Origin: Rhodocyclaceae bacterium
Lineage (GTDB): Bacteria > Pseudomonadota > Gammaproteobacteria > Burkholderiales > UBA3065
Direction of reading: 5' to 3'
Assembly (NCBI GenBank): GCA_018882975.1
Contig: VEQZ01000001.1
Coordinates: 1 to 57,126, forward strand
Length of the DNA: 57,126 nt
Below, piece after piece: positions 38,973 through 49,747 of this stretch. The translations under genes were made by a program, and so were the position numbers. Under the pieces are notes generated by a model that did not search any database, was not told where the DNA came from, and saw only the letters and a list, made by a program, of their open reading frames with translations. Position 1 is the first letter of the stretch. Each line of letters begins with the position of its first letter.

Positions 38973-40697
38973 ATGATTCCGCAGTCATTCATTGACGACC
39001 TGCTCGCACGCCTCGACATCGTCGACGTGGTCGGCAAGCGCATCCAGCTCAAGCGCGCCGGCGCCAATCTTTCCGCTTGCTGCCCCTTCCACGACGAGCG
39101 CTCGCCCTCCTTCACCGTCAGCCCGACCAAGCAGTTCTTTCATTGTTTTGGTTGCGCCGCCCACGGCAACGCCATCGGCTTTGTCATGGAGTACGAGAAC
39201 CTGGGCTTCGTCGAGGCGGTGGAGAGCCTCGCCGCGAGCGTGGGCCTCGAGGTGCCCGACGACCGCGGCCCACCAACGGGCCAAGGCCCGAGCCGCAGCA
39301 AGTCCGAGACGCTGCGCCCGCTGCTCGACGCCGCCGCCGCCTTCTACCGGCAGAAACTGCGCGACACGCCGCGGGCCGTCGACTACCTCAAGCGCCGCGG
39401 CCTCAACGGCGAGGTGGCCAAGCGTTTTGGCCTCGGCTATGCGCCGGACGGCTGGGACGCGCTGAGCAGCGTGATCAAGGACTACCGCAACAACGCCGAT
39501 GCGGTCGAAGCCGGTCTGGTGGTGGCTGGCGAGTCCGGCAAGCGCCACGACCGCTTCCGCGACCGCATCATGTTCCCCATCACCGACGCTGCCGGGCGGA
39601 TGATCGGCTTCGGCGGGCGCATCCTCGACCGCGGCGAACCCAAGTACCTCAACAGCCCGGAGACACCGCTGTTCAGCAAGGGCCGCGAGCTGTTCGGGCT
39701 TTGGCCAGCCAAGGACGCAATGAAGCGCGACAACCGCGTCATCGTCGTCGAGGGCTATATGGACGTGGTCGCGCTGGCCCAGCACGGCGTCGAGAACGCG
39801 GTGGCCACGCTCGGCACCGCCACCACGCCGACGCACGTACAGAAGCTGCTGCGCATGGTCGACGAAATCGTCTACTGCTTCGACGGCGACGCCGCCGGCC
39901 GCCGCGCCGCCTGGCGGGCGCTGGAAAACAGCCTCGGCGTGCTACGCGACGACGCGCGCATCAAGTTCCTGTTCCTGCCCGACAGCGAGGACCCTGATAC
40001 CTACGTGCGGCAGGTCGGCGCCGAGGGCTTTCGTGATGCGCTCAGCAACGCACTCTCGCTGGCCGAATTCATGGTGCGCGAACTCACTGCGCAGGCCGAG
40101 GGTGACACAGTGGAGGCCGCCGCGCAGATCGTCCACCGCGCCGAACCGCTGCTGCGCCAGATCCAGGCGCCAGCGTTGGCGCTGCTTCTGCGCAAGCGCA
40201 TCGCCGACGCGGCCGGCCTCTCCAGCGGCGAGGTCGATGGGCTGGTCGGCCGCGCCGCCGCCAGCCAGCGTCCGCGCGCGCCGGCCATCAGGCAGCGGCA
40301 GCCAGCCGGCTCGCTCGCCGGGCTGTTGCTTGCCCGCATACTGCGGGCGCCGCCGCTGGCGCGGCACCTCGACCCGGCGCGCACCGGGTCACTCCCCGAC
40401 GACGGCATCACGCACGCGCTGCGCCATGTGCTCGAGACCTGCAGCGCGCAACCCGGACTCAGCATGGAAATGCTCGCCGGCCAGTTGCGCGACTCGCCGC
40501 ATCGGGCAGTCTGCCGCGAGGCCGCGCGCCTGACACGCGACCTGCCGGACGACATCGACCTCGAGCAGGAGGTGCTGGAATTGGCCCGGCGCCTGCCCGA
40601 GGCTACGCCTGAAGCCGCCCCCACCGACATCGCAGCGCTCGATCCGGCCGCGCGCGCGGCATGGCTAGCCAAGCTACGGGAGCGCAAGGGGGTTTGA
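38973..40697 (+). CDS. dnaG: DNA primase
   Basis: 574-aa ORF with a zinc ribbon (CCPFHDERSPSFTV...FHCFGCAAHGN), a TOPRIM domain (VVEGYMDVV...FDGDAAG) and a C-terminal helicase-interaction region. Confidence 0.9.
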   Translation: MIPQSFIDDLLARLDIVDVVGKRIQLKRAGANLSACCPFHDERSPSFTVSPTKQFFHCFGCAAHGNAIGFVMEYENLGFVEAVESLAASVGLEVPDDRGPPTGQGPSRSKSETLRPLLDAAAAFYRQKLRDTPRAVDYLKRRGLNGEVAKRFGLGYAPDGWDALSSVIKDYRNNADAVEAGLVVAGESGKRHDRFRDRIMFPITDAAGRMIGFGGRILDRGEPKYLNSPETPLFSKGRELFGLWPAKDAMKRDNRVIVVEGYMDVVALAQHGVENAVATLGTATTPTHVQKLLRMVDEIVYCFDGDAAGRRAAWRALENSLGVLRDDARIKFLFLPDSEDPDTYVRQVGAEGFRDALSNALSLAEFMVRELTAQAEGDTVEAAAQIVHRAEPLLRQIQAPALALLLRKRIADAAGLSSGEVDGLVGRAAASQRPRAPAIRQRQPAGSLAGLLLARILRAPPLARHLDPARTGSLPDDGITHALRHVLETCSAQPGLSMEMLAGQLRDSPHRAVCREAARLTRDLPDDIDLEQEVLELARRLPEATPEAAPTDIAALDPAARAAWLAKLRERKGV

Positions 40698-40729
40698 GAC
40701 TCGCTCACTTCGGCGAGAGTTCCATCCCT

Positions 40730-40738
40730 TGATATAAT
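40730..40738 (+). promoter_or_regulatory. Extended -10 element (TGATATAAT) upstream of rpoD
   Basis: TG-N-TATAAT lies about 30 nt upstream of the rpoD ATG. I see no good -35. Confidence 0.4.
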
Positions 40739-40767
40739 GCACGGTTAGCCGCATCTACAGGCGAGAC

Positions 40768-42678
<1,911 letters not shown>

Positions 42679-42700
42679 GCCGCGCACGCGGCATCGCCAC

Positions 42701-42730
42701 GGCCGGCCTCTGCTGCCGGCCGCCCCTTTC
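42701..42730 (+). terminator. GC hairpin with a weak T-tract between rpoD and the tRNA
   Basis: GGCCGGC (42701-07), CTCTGCT, GCCGGCC (42715-21), then GCCCCTTTC. The T-tract is short, so it may be a processing or attenuating structure rather than a full terminator. Confidence 0.3.
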
Positions 42731-42809
<79 letters not shown>

Positions 42810-42999
42810 ACTGCTTCCGCCCTACGGCTCCTCAAGGCGCGTGCACGGCAAGCCCCTTGAGGTCGACCGTCTGCTTGGCTCGCACGCGCTGAACATCGGA
42901 AAGGCTCCGCACCCTGACGCATGGCTGACGCACGCCGACAACGACATGAACAAACTGCTTTGCGCACTGTCTCTCGAGACGATTCACAGCGGAGGTTGA

Positions 43000-43713
43000 A
43001 TGAACAAGATCATGGTCGTCCTCGTGTGCTGCACGATGTTGGCGGGTTGCGCCCATCGCATGGCCGGGCAACAGGCACCTGCCCTGGCAGCAGCCCCTGC
43101 ATCGGGCACCGTGCTGAGTTTTCGGGAATCGGACGGCTTCAGCGGAAACGCCGTTGCCAGCGTTCAACTGGCCGTCCAGCGAACAAATGACAGCGCGTTC
43201 GACTTGGCGGTGACGGTCTCTGGCGAGCCCATCAGTGGATTGCGCAGCGGTCAGACGCAGCGTTACTCGGCACACTGGACAGTCGCGGAGGACGCAACGT
43301 ACTTCGCGCCGCTGCGCTACCAACAAGGCCTCCCGCTGTTCGCCGGCACATCGGACGGCCGCAGGGAATGGTCGCGATCGCCGGTCACCCGAGGGGCCAG
43401 CGCGCGCGCCGAGGATTGGACCGTGCGTGGTCGTTGGGCGGGCTGGGAGGAGGTCACGGTTCCCGCCGGCACCTTCCGTGCGGCGCGCTACGAGCGCGAC
43501 ATCTCGTTTTTCAACAACGACCCATTCCGCTGGCGAACTCAGCGCAGCGAGGTTCTCTGGTTCTCGCCGGAGCTTGGTTTCTGGGTCAAACGGCAGGTCG
43601 GTGGTACATACGTCCAACCACCTTGGATTTGGGGAACCGGATATCTCGTTTTTAACGAGGCGCGTGTACTCTGGGAGTTGGAGCGCGTTGACTCGGCGGG
43701 CGGCGGCAACTGA
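43000..43713 (+). CDS. Hypothetical lipoprotein
   Basis: 237-aa ORF with a strong GGAGG RBS 5 nt upstream and a lipobox (MNKIMVVLVCCTMLAGC). I recognise no domain. The overlapping antisense ORF 42832..43719 is rejected. Confidence 0.6.
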   Translation: MNKIMVVLVCCTMLAGCAHRMAGQQAPALAAAPASGTVLSFRESDGFSGNAVASVQLAVQRTNDSAFDLAVTVSGEPISGLRSGQTQRYSAHWTVAEDATYFAPLRYQQGLPLFAGTSDGRREWSRSPVTRGASARAEDWTVRGRWAGWEEVTVPAGTFRAARYERDISFFNNDPFRWRTQRSEVLWFSPELGFWVKRQVGGTYVQPPWIWGTGYLVFNEARVLWELERVDSAGGGN

Positions 43714-43734
43714 CCCCACAGGGGGCGTTCACTC

Positions 43735-43950
43735 GGAAAAGCTCAAAGGGGTGATCCGGGCTCCGCAAGCATCGGCGTCTGACCCAGACGCGTCACGCCG
43801 TTGCCGGTAGAAGCGAGCTTGGGGCAGGGGCGTCGCGGGAAGCGCAGTCTCCGCTGCCATAACCTCAGGATTCCTCAAGGTGCGTGGTCTTGCCGCGGAA
43901 GATGCGATACGAGAACACGCTGTAGAGCACGATCGGCGGCAGCAGATATG
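43735..43950. repeat. Direct repeat copy 1 (duplicate of the cydB 3' end and downstream spacer)
   Basis: It aligns by eye with 44683-44898 at a constant offset of 948 nt, at roughly 85-90% identity. It contains a cydB tail remnant (...LLPPIVLYSVFSYRIFRGKTTHLEES*), but the rest of cydB is absent. Confidence 0.85.
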
Positions 43951-44011
43951 CCTTCATGGCATTGATGATGGTGCTATAGTATTTAGCATTTTCCGCGTTC
44001 GCGAGGTCGAA

Positions 44012-44458
44012 ATGCGATTGGCCCTGCTGCTGGTCCTCTACACCTTCTGTATAGGCAACGCTTACGCTGCGTGTCGTCCAATTGTCCAGGGCTCAAAATC
44101 TGCGCTCGACTATGCAACGTACGACGCTCAAGGAAATTTGGTGGGCATCGGAACGGGAACCAACGTGATCACGAGGGTATCGAGGTCCCAGGGCACAGCG
44201 TCAGGCGTAGGCAGCGGGACGATCGTGAATGTTGATGGGACATCCGTCGGGCCATTCTCATGGACCTTCAGCATCACTAACCTCTCGATATCGACCTGCT
44301 CGGCCACCTTCTACCTTTCGGTTGAGGGCGGGCTCTTGCACAGAGGGACTATAGTTTTTTCGGCCAACGGAAACGAATCCAGCTACGTCGGTGTATTCGA
44401 AGTTCCCTCACAGGTTAACGGTGCGACGCTGATCAGAAGCAGAAGCCAGGTTCAGTAG
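44012..44458 (+). CDS. Hypothetical small secreted protein (lower GC)
   Basis: Internal ATG of track ORF 43880..44458 with a GAGG RBS. The signal peptide is MRLALLLVLYTFCIGNAYA. The mature part is Gly/Ser/Thr-rich. Sample lines are about 55% GC by hand count. Confidence 0.5.
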   Translation: MRLALLLVLYTFCIGNAYAACRPIVQGSKSALDYATYDAQGNLVGIGTGTNVITRVSRSQGTASGVGSGTIVNVDGTSVGPFSWTFSITNLSISTCSATFYLSVEGGLLHRGTIVFSANGNESSYVGVFEVPSQVNGATLIRSRSQVQ

Positions 44459-44479
44459 GGCTTGGCCCCAAACTCGAAG

Positions 44480-44702
44480 ATACGTTGGGGGAACACACCG
44501 CACAGCATGATTGGCGGTAGTCGAGGTCCGCAGCAACGACAAATTCACCCACTTGCCTTTCATCATGGTGACCGGCATTCGTTCGACCGAGAACGTGATG
44601 GCTGCGCTTCAGTCCGGCGTATCGGGGTATCTGGTCAAACCATTCAGCGAGGCCCAGTTGCTCGCCCAGCTGGGCCTAGCCTGGAAAAAACTCAAAAGTT
44701 GA
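44480..44702 (+). pseudogene. Remnant of a CheY-like receiver gene (C-terminal half only)
   Basis: Track ORF 44511..44702 reads ...LPFIMVTGIRSTENVMAALQSGVSGYLVKPFSEAQLL..., which is beta4 to alpha5 of a receiver including the conserved T and KPF. There is no N-terminal half or phospho-acceptor Asp upstream, and stops occur in all frames within about 50 nt. Confidence 0.55.
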
Positions 44703-44898
44703 TCCGGGTTCCGCAAGCATCGGCGACCGACCTTGGCGCGTCACGCCGTTGCCGGTAGAGGCGAGCTTGGGGCAGAGGCGCCACGGGCAGCGCGGTTTCC
44801 GCCGCCATGACCTCAGGATTCCTCAAGGTGCGTGGTCTTGCCCTTGAAAATGCGATACGAGAACACGCTGTAGAGCACGATCGGCGGCAGCACGATGA
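44683..44898. repeat. Direct repeat copy 2 (authentic cydB 3' end and downstream spacer)
   Basis: Partner of 43735-43950. Confidence 0.85.
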
Positions 44899-45820
44899 CC
44901 ACGCCGAGGAGGATCATGCGCAGCGTCTCGTCGCTCGCCGCCGCGTCCCACAGGGTCAGCCGGTCGATGACCAGATAGGGAAAGGTGCTGTAAGCCAGGC
45001 CGGCCCCGGAGAGCACGAATAAAGCGGTTGTCAGCGCCAACGGCACCCACGCACGGCCATCGTCGCGCGCTGGGTCGAAGTCCCTGAGCCAGCGCGACAG
45101 CCAGACCACACCGGTGAGCACCAGCACCGGCACTGCAACCATCAGCGGCACGAGGTCGATGCTGAACCAGCGGTCGAAGATGCGCGGGCTTACCACCGGC
45201 GTCGCCAGCGACACCAAACCGATGCCCCCGGCCGTGAGCCACAGCGCGCCGCGCCCCCAGCGTGCAGCGCGCCGCTGCAACTCGCCCTCGGTCTTGATCA
45301 GGAGCCAGCCGGCGCCAAGCAACATGTAGCCTGCCACCAGACACGGCGCCACCAGGCAGGCGAACAGGATGGCAACGAAATCGTTGCGGAAGGCGGTAAC
45401 GAACTGCCCGAGCATGAAGCCCTGGGCCAGCGCCGCAGTGGCCGAGCCGACTACGAACATGGTGTTCCAAGCCTCCAGGCGCTCCGGCGGCGACTTGACC
45501 CGCAGCTCGAAGGCGGTGCCACGCAGAATCAGCCCGACCAGCATCACCAGCACCGGCAGGTAGAGCTCCCTGAGAATGATGCCGTGCGCCAGCGGGAAGG
45601 CCACCAGCAGGATGCCGGCGCCGAGCACCAGCCAGGTCTCGTTGGCGTCCCAGAAAGGCGCGATGGCGTTGACCATCTCGTCGCGCTCGTGGCCGCTGGA
45701 GCGCGACAGCAGCACGCCGACGCCGAGGTCGTAGCCGTCCAGCAGCACGTAGGCCATGATGGCGACCCCCATCAGCGCGCCGAACAGCAGGATCAGGCTC
45801 TGGTGATCAAGGACGTTCAT
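44813..45820 (-). CDS. cydB: Cytochrome bd-type ubiquinol oxidase subunit II
   Basis: 335-aa polytopic membrane ORF immediately downstream of cydA. Typical CydB N-terminus: LILLFGALMGVAIMAYVLLDGYDLGVG...FWDANETW. Confidence 0.9.
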   Translation of the reverse strand: MNVLDHQSLILLFGALMGVAIMAYVLLDGYDLGVGVLLSRSSGHERDEMVNAIAPFWDANETWLVLGAGILLVAFPLAHGIILRELYLPVLVMLVGLILRGTAFELRVKSPPERLEAWNTMFVVGSATAALAQGFMLGQFVTAFRNDFVAILFACLVAPCLVAGYMLLGAGWLLIKTEGELQRRAARWGRGALWLTAGGIGLVSLATPVVSPRIFDRWFSIDLVPLMVAVPVLVLTGVVWLSRWLRDFDPARDDGRAWVPLALTTALFVLSGAGLAYSTFPYLVIDRLTLWDAAASDETLRMILLGVVIVLPPIVLYSVFSYRIFKGKTTHLEES

Positions 45821-45842
45821 CGCGGGCTCGGCAGGGAAGAAC

Positions 45843-47183
45843 TCAGGCAGCCGCGTGCACCGAACCCACCTCGGCGGTGTAGCCGTGGTGCCCGCCGCCG
45901 CTGCGGGCCATGTAGAACAGCGTGGCGATGTAGATCACCAGCAGCACGGCGTAGAGGGCCAGATAAGTGAACAAGGACCCGGCCACGGTGACGGCTGGCA
46001 AGGTCGAGACCGCGTCCGCGGTGCGCAGCACGCCGGTGACGAGAAAGGGTTGTCGGCCGATCTCGGTCACGTACCAGCCCGCCAGCGTCGGCACCCAGCC
46101 AAGGAAGGTCGCCGGCACCAGCACCTTGAGCAGCCACTGCGGCAGTTCGCCGCGGCGCCGCAGAAACCACACCGCCGCCCAAGACAGCGCCAGCATCAGC
46201 ATGCCGCTGCCGACCATCACGCGGAAGCCCCAGAACACCTGCAACACCGGCGGGTGCGCGTTCTCGAACTCGTTGAGCCCCTTGATCTCGCCGTTTAGGT
46301 CGTGGGTGATGATGAGGCTGGCCAGATTCGGCACTGGCACCTCGAAACGGTTGGCGCGGGCTTGCTCGTCGGGGATGGCGAAGAGCAGCAGCGGCACGCC
46401 CTTCTCGGTCTGCCAGATGCCTTCCATGGCTGCGAGCTTGGCCGGCTGATGCTCGTGCGTGTTGAGGCCATGCATGTCGCCGGCGACGATCTGCAGCGGC
46501 ATCACCACCGCCGCCATGGTCGCGCCGAGCGCCAGCGAGCGGCGCACATCCTCGCCGCGCTGGCCCTGCAGCAGGCGGTAGGCCGACACGCCCATGACAA
46601 AGAACGCCGCGGTGAGCATGCTGGCGAGGAACATGTGCACCGTGCGATAGGGCATCGACGGATTGAAGATGATCGCAAGCCAGTCGGTAGCCACCACCTT
46701 GCCATCGACCATCTCGAAGCCGGTCGGCGTGTGCATCCACGAGTTGAGCACGAGGATCCAGAACAGGCTCAGCGTGGTGCCGCCGGCCACCAGCCACACC
46801 GACAGGCGGTACAGACCGGGCGAGACGCGGTTTTGCCCCCACAGCATGATGCCGAGGAAGGTCGCTTCGAGAAAGAACGCGGAGAGCACCTCATAGGCCA
46901 GCAACGGCCCCGCCACCGAACCGACCGTCTGCATGAAGCCCGGCCAGTTGGTGCCGAACTGGAAGGACATGGTCACGCCGCTGACCACCCCGAAGGCGAA
47001 GGTCAGCGCGAAAGCCTTGACCCAGAAGCGGTAGGACGCGTCCCAGACGCCGCCGCCGGTGCGATCGGCCATGGTGCGGATGTAGACGAGGAACCACGCC
47101 AACCCGATGGACACGGTCGGGAAGATGACGTGGAAGGAGATGTTGGCCGCAAACTGGATTCGCGACAGCAGGGTGGCGTCCAT
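45843..47183 (-). CDS. cydA: Cytochrome bd-type ubiquinol oxidase subunit I (short Q-loop, CIO-like length)
   Basis: 446-aa ORF. MDATLLSRIQFAANISFHVIFP...GWYVTEIGRQPF. Its length suggests the short-Q-loop (cyanide-insensitive oxidase) type. Confidence 0.9.
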   Translation of the reverse strand: MDATLLSRIQFAANISFHVIFPTVSIGLAWFLVYIRTMADRTGGGVWDASYRFWVKAFALTFAFGVVSGVTMSFQFGTNWPGFMQTVGSVAGPLLAYEVLSAFFLEATFLGIMLWGQNRVSPGLYRLSVWLVAGGTTLSLFWILVLNSWMHTPTGFEMVDGKVVATDWLAIIFNPSMPYRTVHMFLASMLTAAFFVMGVSAYRLLQGQRGEDVRRSLALGATMAAVVMPLQIVAGDMHGLNTHEHQPAKLAAMEGIWQTEKGVPLLLFAIPDEQARANRFEVPVPNLASLIITHDLNGEIKGLNEFENAHPPVLQVFWGFRVMVGSGMLMLALSWAAVWFLRRRGELPQWLLKVLVPATFLGWVPTLAGWYVTEIGRQPFLVTGVLRTADAVSTLPAVTVAGSLFTYLALYAVLLVIYIATLFYMARSGGGHHGYTAEVGSVHAAA

Positions 47184-47398
47184 GCTCTGGTACCGGGTGG
47201 ACCCTCGACACAGCCAGTCTAGACTGAAAGCCGGTTACGACCCAGCGCGCAACACGATAGGGTGCGAGCGGCTCGGATCGGTAGCGGGGACTGCCGGACG
47301 GCCCATTGGATGAGTCAAGCAAAGAAGACGGGCGAACTTGCAAGTCCGGCTGTTTAATATAGACTCAATATCAATTACTTTTTCCTAAAGGTGCCGTC

Positions 47399-48736
47399 AT
47401 GTTTGGATTCCTCAAACAGCGCCCGGCCGCCGTCCCCGCGGCCTCCGGGGACGCTGAGCGGCTTGCAAAAGCGCTCAACGACGCATGGGCTGTGATCGAA
47501 TTCAAGCCCGATGGCACTGTCCTGCGCGCCAACGACAACTTCTGCAAATGCGTCGGTTTCAGCGAGGCCGAACTGATCGGGCAACACCATCGCCTGCTCT
47601 GCGACCCGGCATTCGCCAGTTCTGCCGAATACGCCGACCTGTGGCGGCGCCTGCGCGAGGGCCAGTTTGTCGGCGGGCGTCACCGCCGTCGCCGTGCGGA
47701 CGGCTCCACGCTCTGGCTCGAGGCGAGCTACACGCCGGTGCGGGGCGCGGACGGCAGTGTCGAAAAGATCGTCAAGCTTGCTTCGGACATCACCACAGAA
47801 GTGGACCAGTCCCTGGCGGTATCGCAGGCACTGTCCAGCATGAACGACGCCGTCCGACGCTCGATGGCGGTGATCGAGATCGGCCTCGACAGCAATATCA
47901 TCGGGTTTAACGAACTCTTCAGTCAGGTGTTCGGCTACGGCGAGCAGGACCTCGTCGGCCGCTCACACCGCCTGCTCTGCCCGCCGAAATTCGTCAACAG
48001 CAAGGATTACGAAGACCTCTGGGCCCGCCTGCGACGCGGCGAGTTCGTCAAAGGGCGGTTCCGTCGTGTGCACAAGAATGGCAGTGACGTTTGGCTGGAA
48101 GCCACCTACAACCCGATCTTCGACGCCAGCGGCAAGATCTCGCATGTGGTCAAGTTCGCCTCCGATGTCACCGCACGCATGACCGACCTGCAGCAGCAGA
48201 TCGACCAGTCCCAGCACATCCTCGCCACGTCAAACGACTCAGTCGCGCGCGCCGAGCGCGCTGCCGACCTAGTGGCCAAGAGCGCTGCCGGCATCACCGC
48301 CACCGCCCAAGGCGCCTCCGCTGCGGTGAGCTCGGTCGAAGAATTGCGACGCAGCGCCGAGGGTATCGGCCAGATCGCCGGGTCGATCCAGGAAATCGCC
48401 GCGCAGACCAACCTGCTGGCCCTGAACGCAGCGATCGAGGCGGCGCGGGCCGGCGATGCCGGCCGCGGCTTTGCCGTGGTGGCCGACGAAGTGCGCAGTC
48501 TGGCGGAGAAGACCCGACACGCCACCAGCGAGATCGACGCCCGGGTGAGCGACATCCAGCAACGCACGCTGGCTGCATCCCAAGCGATGGTTCAGGTGGC
48601 CAATGACAGCGCCGAAGGCCTCGCGCACATGTCGCTGGCCTCCGAGGCCATGGCCGGCATCCGCGACGTGGCACATGCCTCGGCCGAGGTGACGCGCGCG
48701 CAGAGCGAGCGTCTGGCGCGGTTGATCGAGGATTGA
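47399..48736 (+). CDS. Soluble PAS-PAS methyl-accepting chemotaxis protein (BdlA/Aer-like)
   Basis: 445-aa ORF with no TM segment. It has two PAS repeats ([38 protein letters not shown] and [39 protein letters not shown]) and an MCP signalling hairpin ([40 protein letters not shown]). Confidence 0.85.
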   Translation: MFGFLKQRPAAVPAASGDAERLAKALNDAWAVIEFKPDGTVLRANDNFCKCVGFSEAELIGQHHRLLCDPAFASSAEYADLWRRLREGQFVGGRHRRRRADGSTLWLEASYTPVRGADGSVEKIVKLASDITTEVDQSLAVSQALSSMNDAVRRSMAVIEIGLDSNIIGFNELFSQVFGYGEQDLVGRSHRLLCPPKFVNSKDYEDLWARLRRGEFVKGRFRRVHKNGSDVWLEATYNPIFDASGKISHVVKFASDVTARMTDLQQQIDQSQHILATSNDSVARAERAADLVAKSAAGITATAQGASAAVSSVEELRRSAEGIGQIAGSIQEIAAQTNLLALNAAIEAARAGDAGRGFAVVADEVRSLAEKTRHATSEIDARVSDIQQRTLAASQAMVQVANDSAEGLAHMSLASEAMAGIRDVAHASAEVTRAQSERLARLIED

Positions 48737-48813
48737 GGGGCACGCCAAGTCGGGCGCAAGGAGATGTTGGTCTAGCCGCTCGAGCTTATCGGAGCTGACA
48801 AAAGGTATCTGGC

Positions 48814-49608
48814 CTATTGCGGCATCCAGTCAGCTGGAAATTCGAGTGGCGGCAGGCGCGGGATGTTCGGCCGGTCAAGCGCATGAGGCAGGCGCGTAGC
48901 TTGCCCGAATGTTGAGCGCGTTCGTCTCAGGAAGGTGAGTTCGAAAACGCGTGGTGCCAGAAACCCATTCATATTTACGATGCCGCAGGCGTTGTTCGGA
49001 TGGCTGTGAACCACCGCGAACTCTGAAAGGAGCTTTTTAAAAAGGCTGCGCACAATCCCGAAGAAATCCTTCTGAGACCACGACTCGATGTTGTGGAACT
49101 CCACAACCATGATTCTGAATTTGCGCAACGTAGCCATCGGACAAGCAAGTAGCGTGTCGTATTCGCCGCCCTCTATGTCCATCTGCAAGATGAGCGAATC
49201 CTCGATGGCATCGGGCTCCAGGGTCGATACCCAGTCCTCCAAGCTTATGAACTCACCGGCAGTGCTCGCGCCGAGGAATTTGCGCGCGAAGGTCTTGAAA
49301 GGGGTGCCCGAGGGTGGAGCCTCCACAGAGGCATCCGCAAGATGCGAGGGAATCCCGCGCTGGTAGAGACTTGTTTCAAAGGATGCCACCTGATCCACGC
49401 CTGGAGAAAAACAAGCCAAGAGCCCGCCCAGGTCATCCGGCACGAGGTATCCCCCGTCTTGGTCGCCGCCGATTCGTATCAACGGGAACCCGCTCTCGCG
49501 CGGATATAGCGATGCGGCGAGTCCCCGCATGGCGCGGACATCGACCATGGGATCGACGAAGATACCTCTGCTGAACAACTCGTAACGCGGGTTTGAAGGC
49601 GTCGACAC
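48814..49608 (-). CDS. FkbM-like methyltransferase (putative)
   Basis: 264-aa ORF, about 50-52% GC on hand-counted lines. ILQMDIEGGEYDTLL...RIMVVEFHN matches the FkbM-family C-terminal motif (IDxEGxE...E.H). The N-terminal SAM motif is atypical. Confidence 0.5.
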   Translation of the reverse strand: MSTPSNPRYELFSRGIFVDPMVDVRAMRGLAASLYPRESGFPLIRIGGDQDGGYLVPDDLGGLLACFSPGVDQVASFETSLYQRGIPSHLADASVEAPPSGTPFKTFARKFLGASTAGEFISLEDWVSTLEPDAIEDSLILQMDIEGGEYDTLLACPMATLRKFRIMVVEFHNIESWSQKDFFGIVRSLFKKLLSEFAVVHSHPNNACGIVNMNGFLAPRVFELTFLRRTRSTFGQATRLPHALDRPNIPRLPPLEFPADWMPQ

Positions 49609-49747
49609 AGATCACAGGCTCCTTGTCAGAAAACGGATATTCTCGCGCAACGCTAAGCCACGACGCCTGCGAACCTTGCGGACTAGCAAGGCTAGCGCTG
49701 CCGCAACCCGCATTTTCGCGCAGAACCATGCCGGGTAATGCAGGAGG

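Noticed and set aside
42832-43719. 295-aa minus-strand ORF opposite the lipoprotein gene
   Set aside because: The plus-strand ORF has a GGAGG RBS and a canonical lipobox. The minus ORF has no RBS and would run into the tRNA.
43865-43957. 30-codon ATG ORF (MKAYLLPPIVLYSVFSYRIFRGKTTHLEES) formed by the duplicated cydB tail, considered as a possible CydX-like small subunit
   Set aside because: There is no Shine-Dalgarno sequence upstream. It is simply the remnant of the duplication, and I have no evidence of expression.
42810-44812. Integrase, transposase or an att repeat of the tRNA 3' end that would define a mobile element
   Set aside because: No recombinase-like ORF appears in any frame, and I could not find a second copy of the tRNA 3' end. 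I therefore did not call a mobile_element feature.
47340-47398. FNR/ANR box (TTGAT-N4-ATCAA) in the cydA/MCP divergent region
   Set aside because: The closest sequence, TTGATATTGAGT, matches only one half-site.
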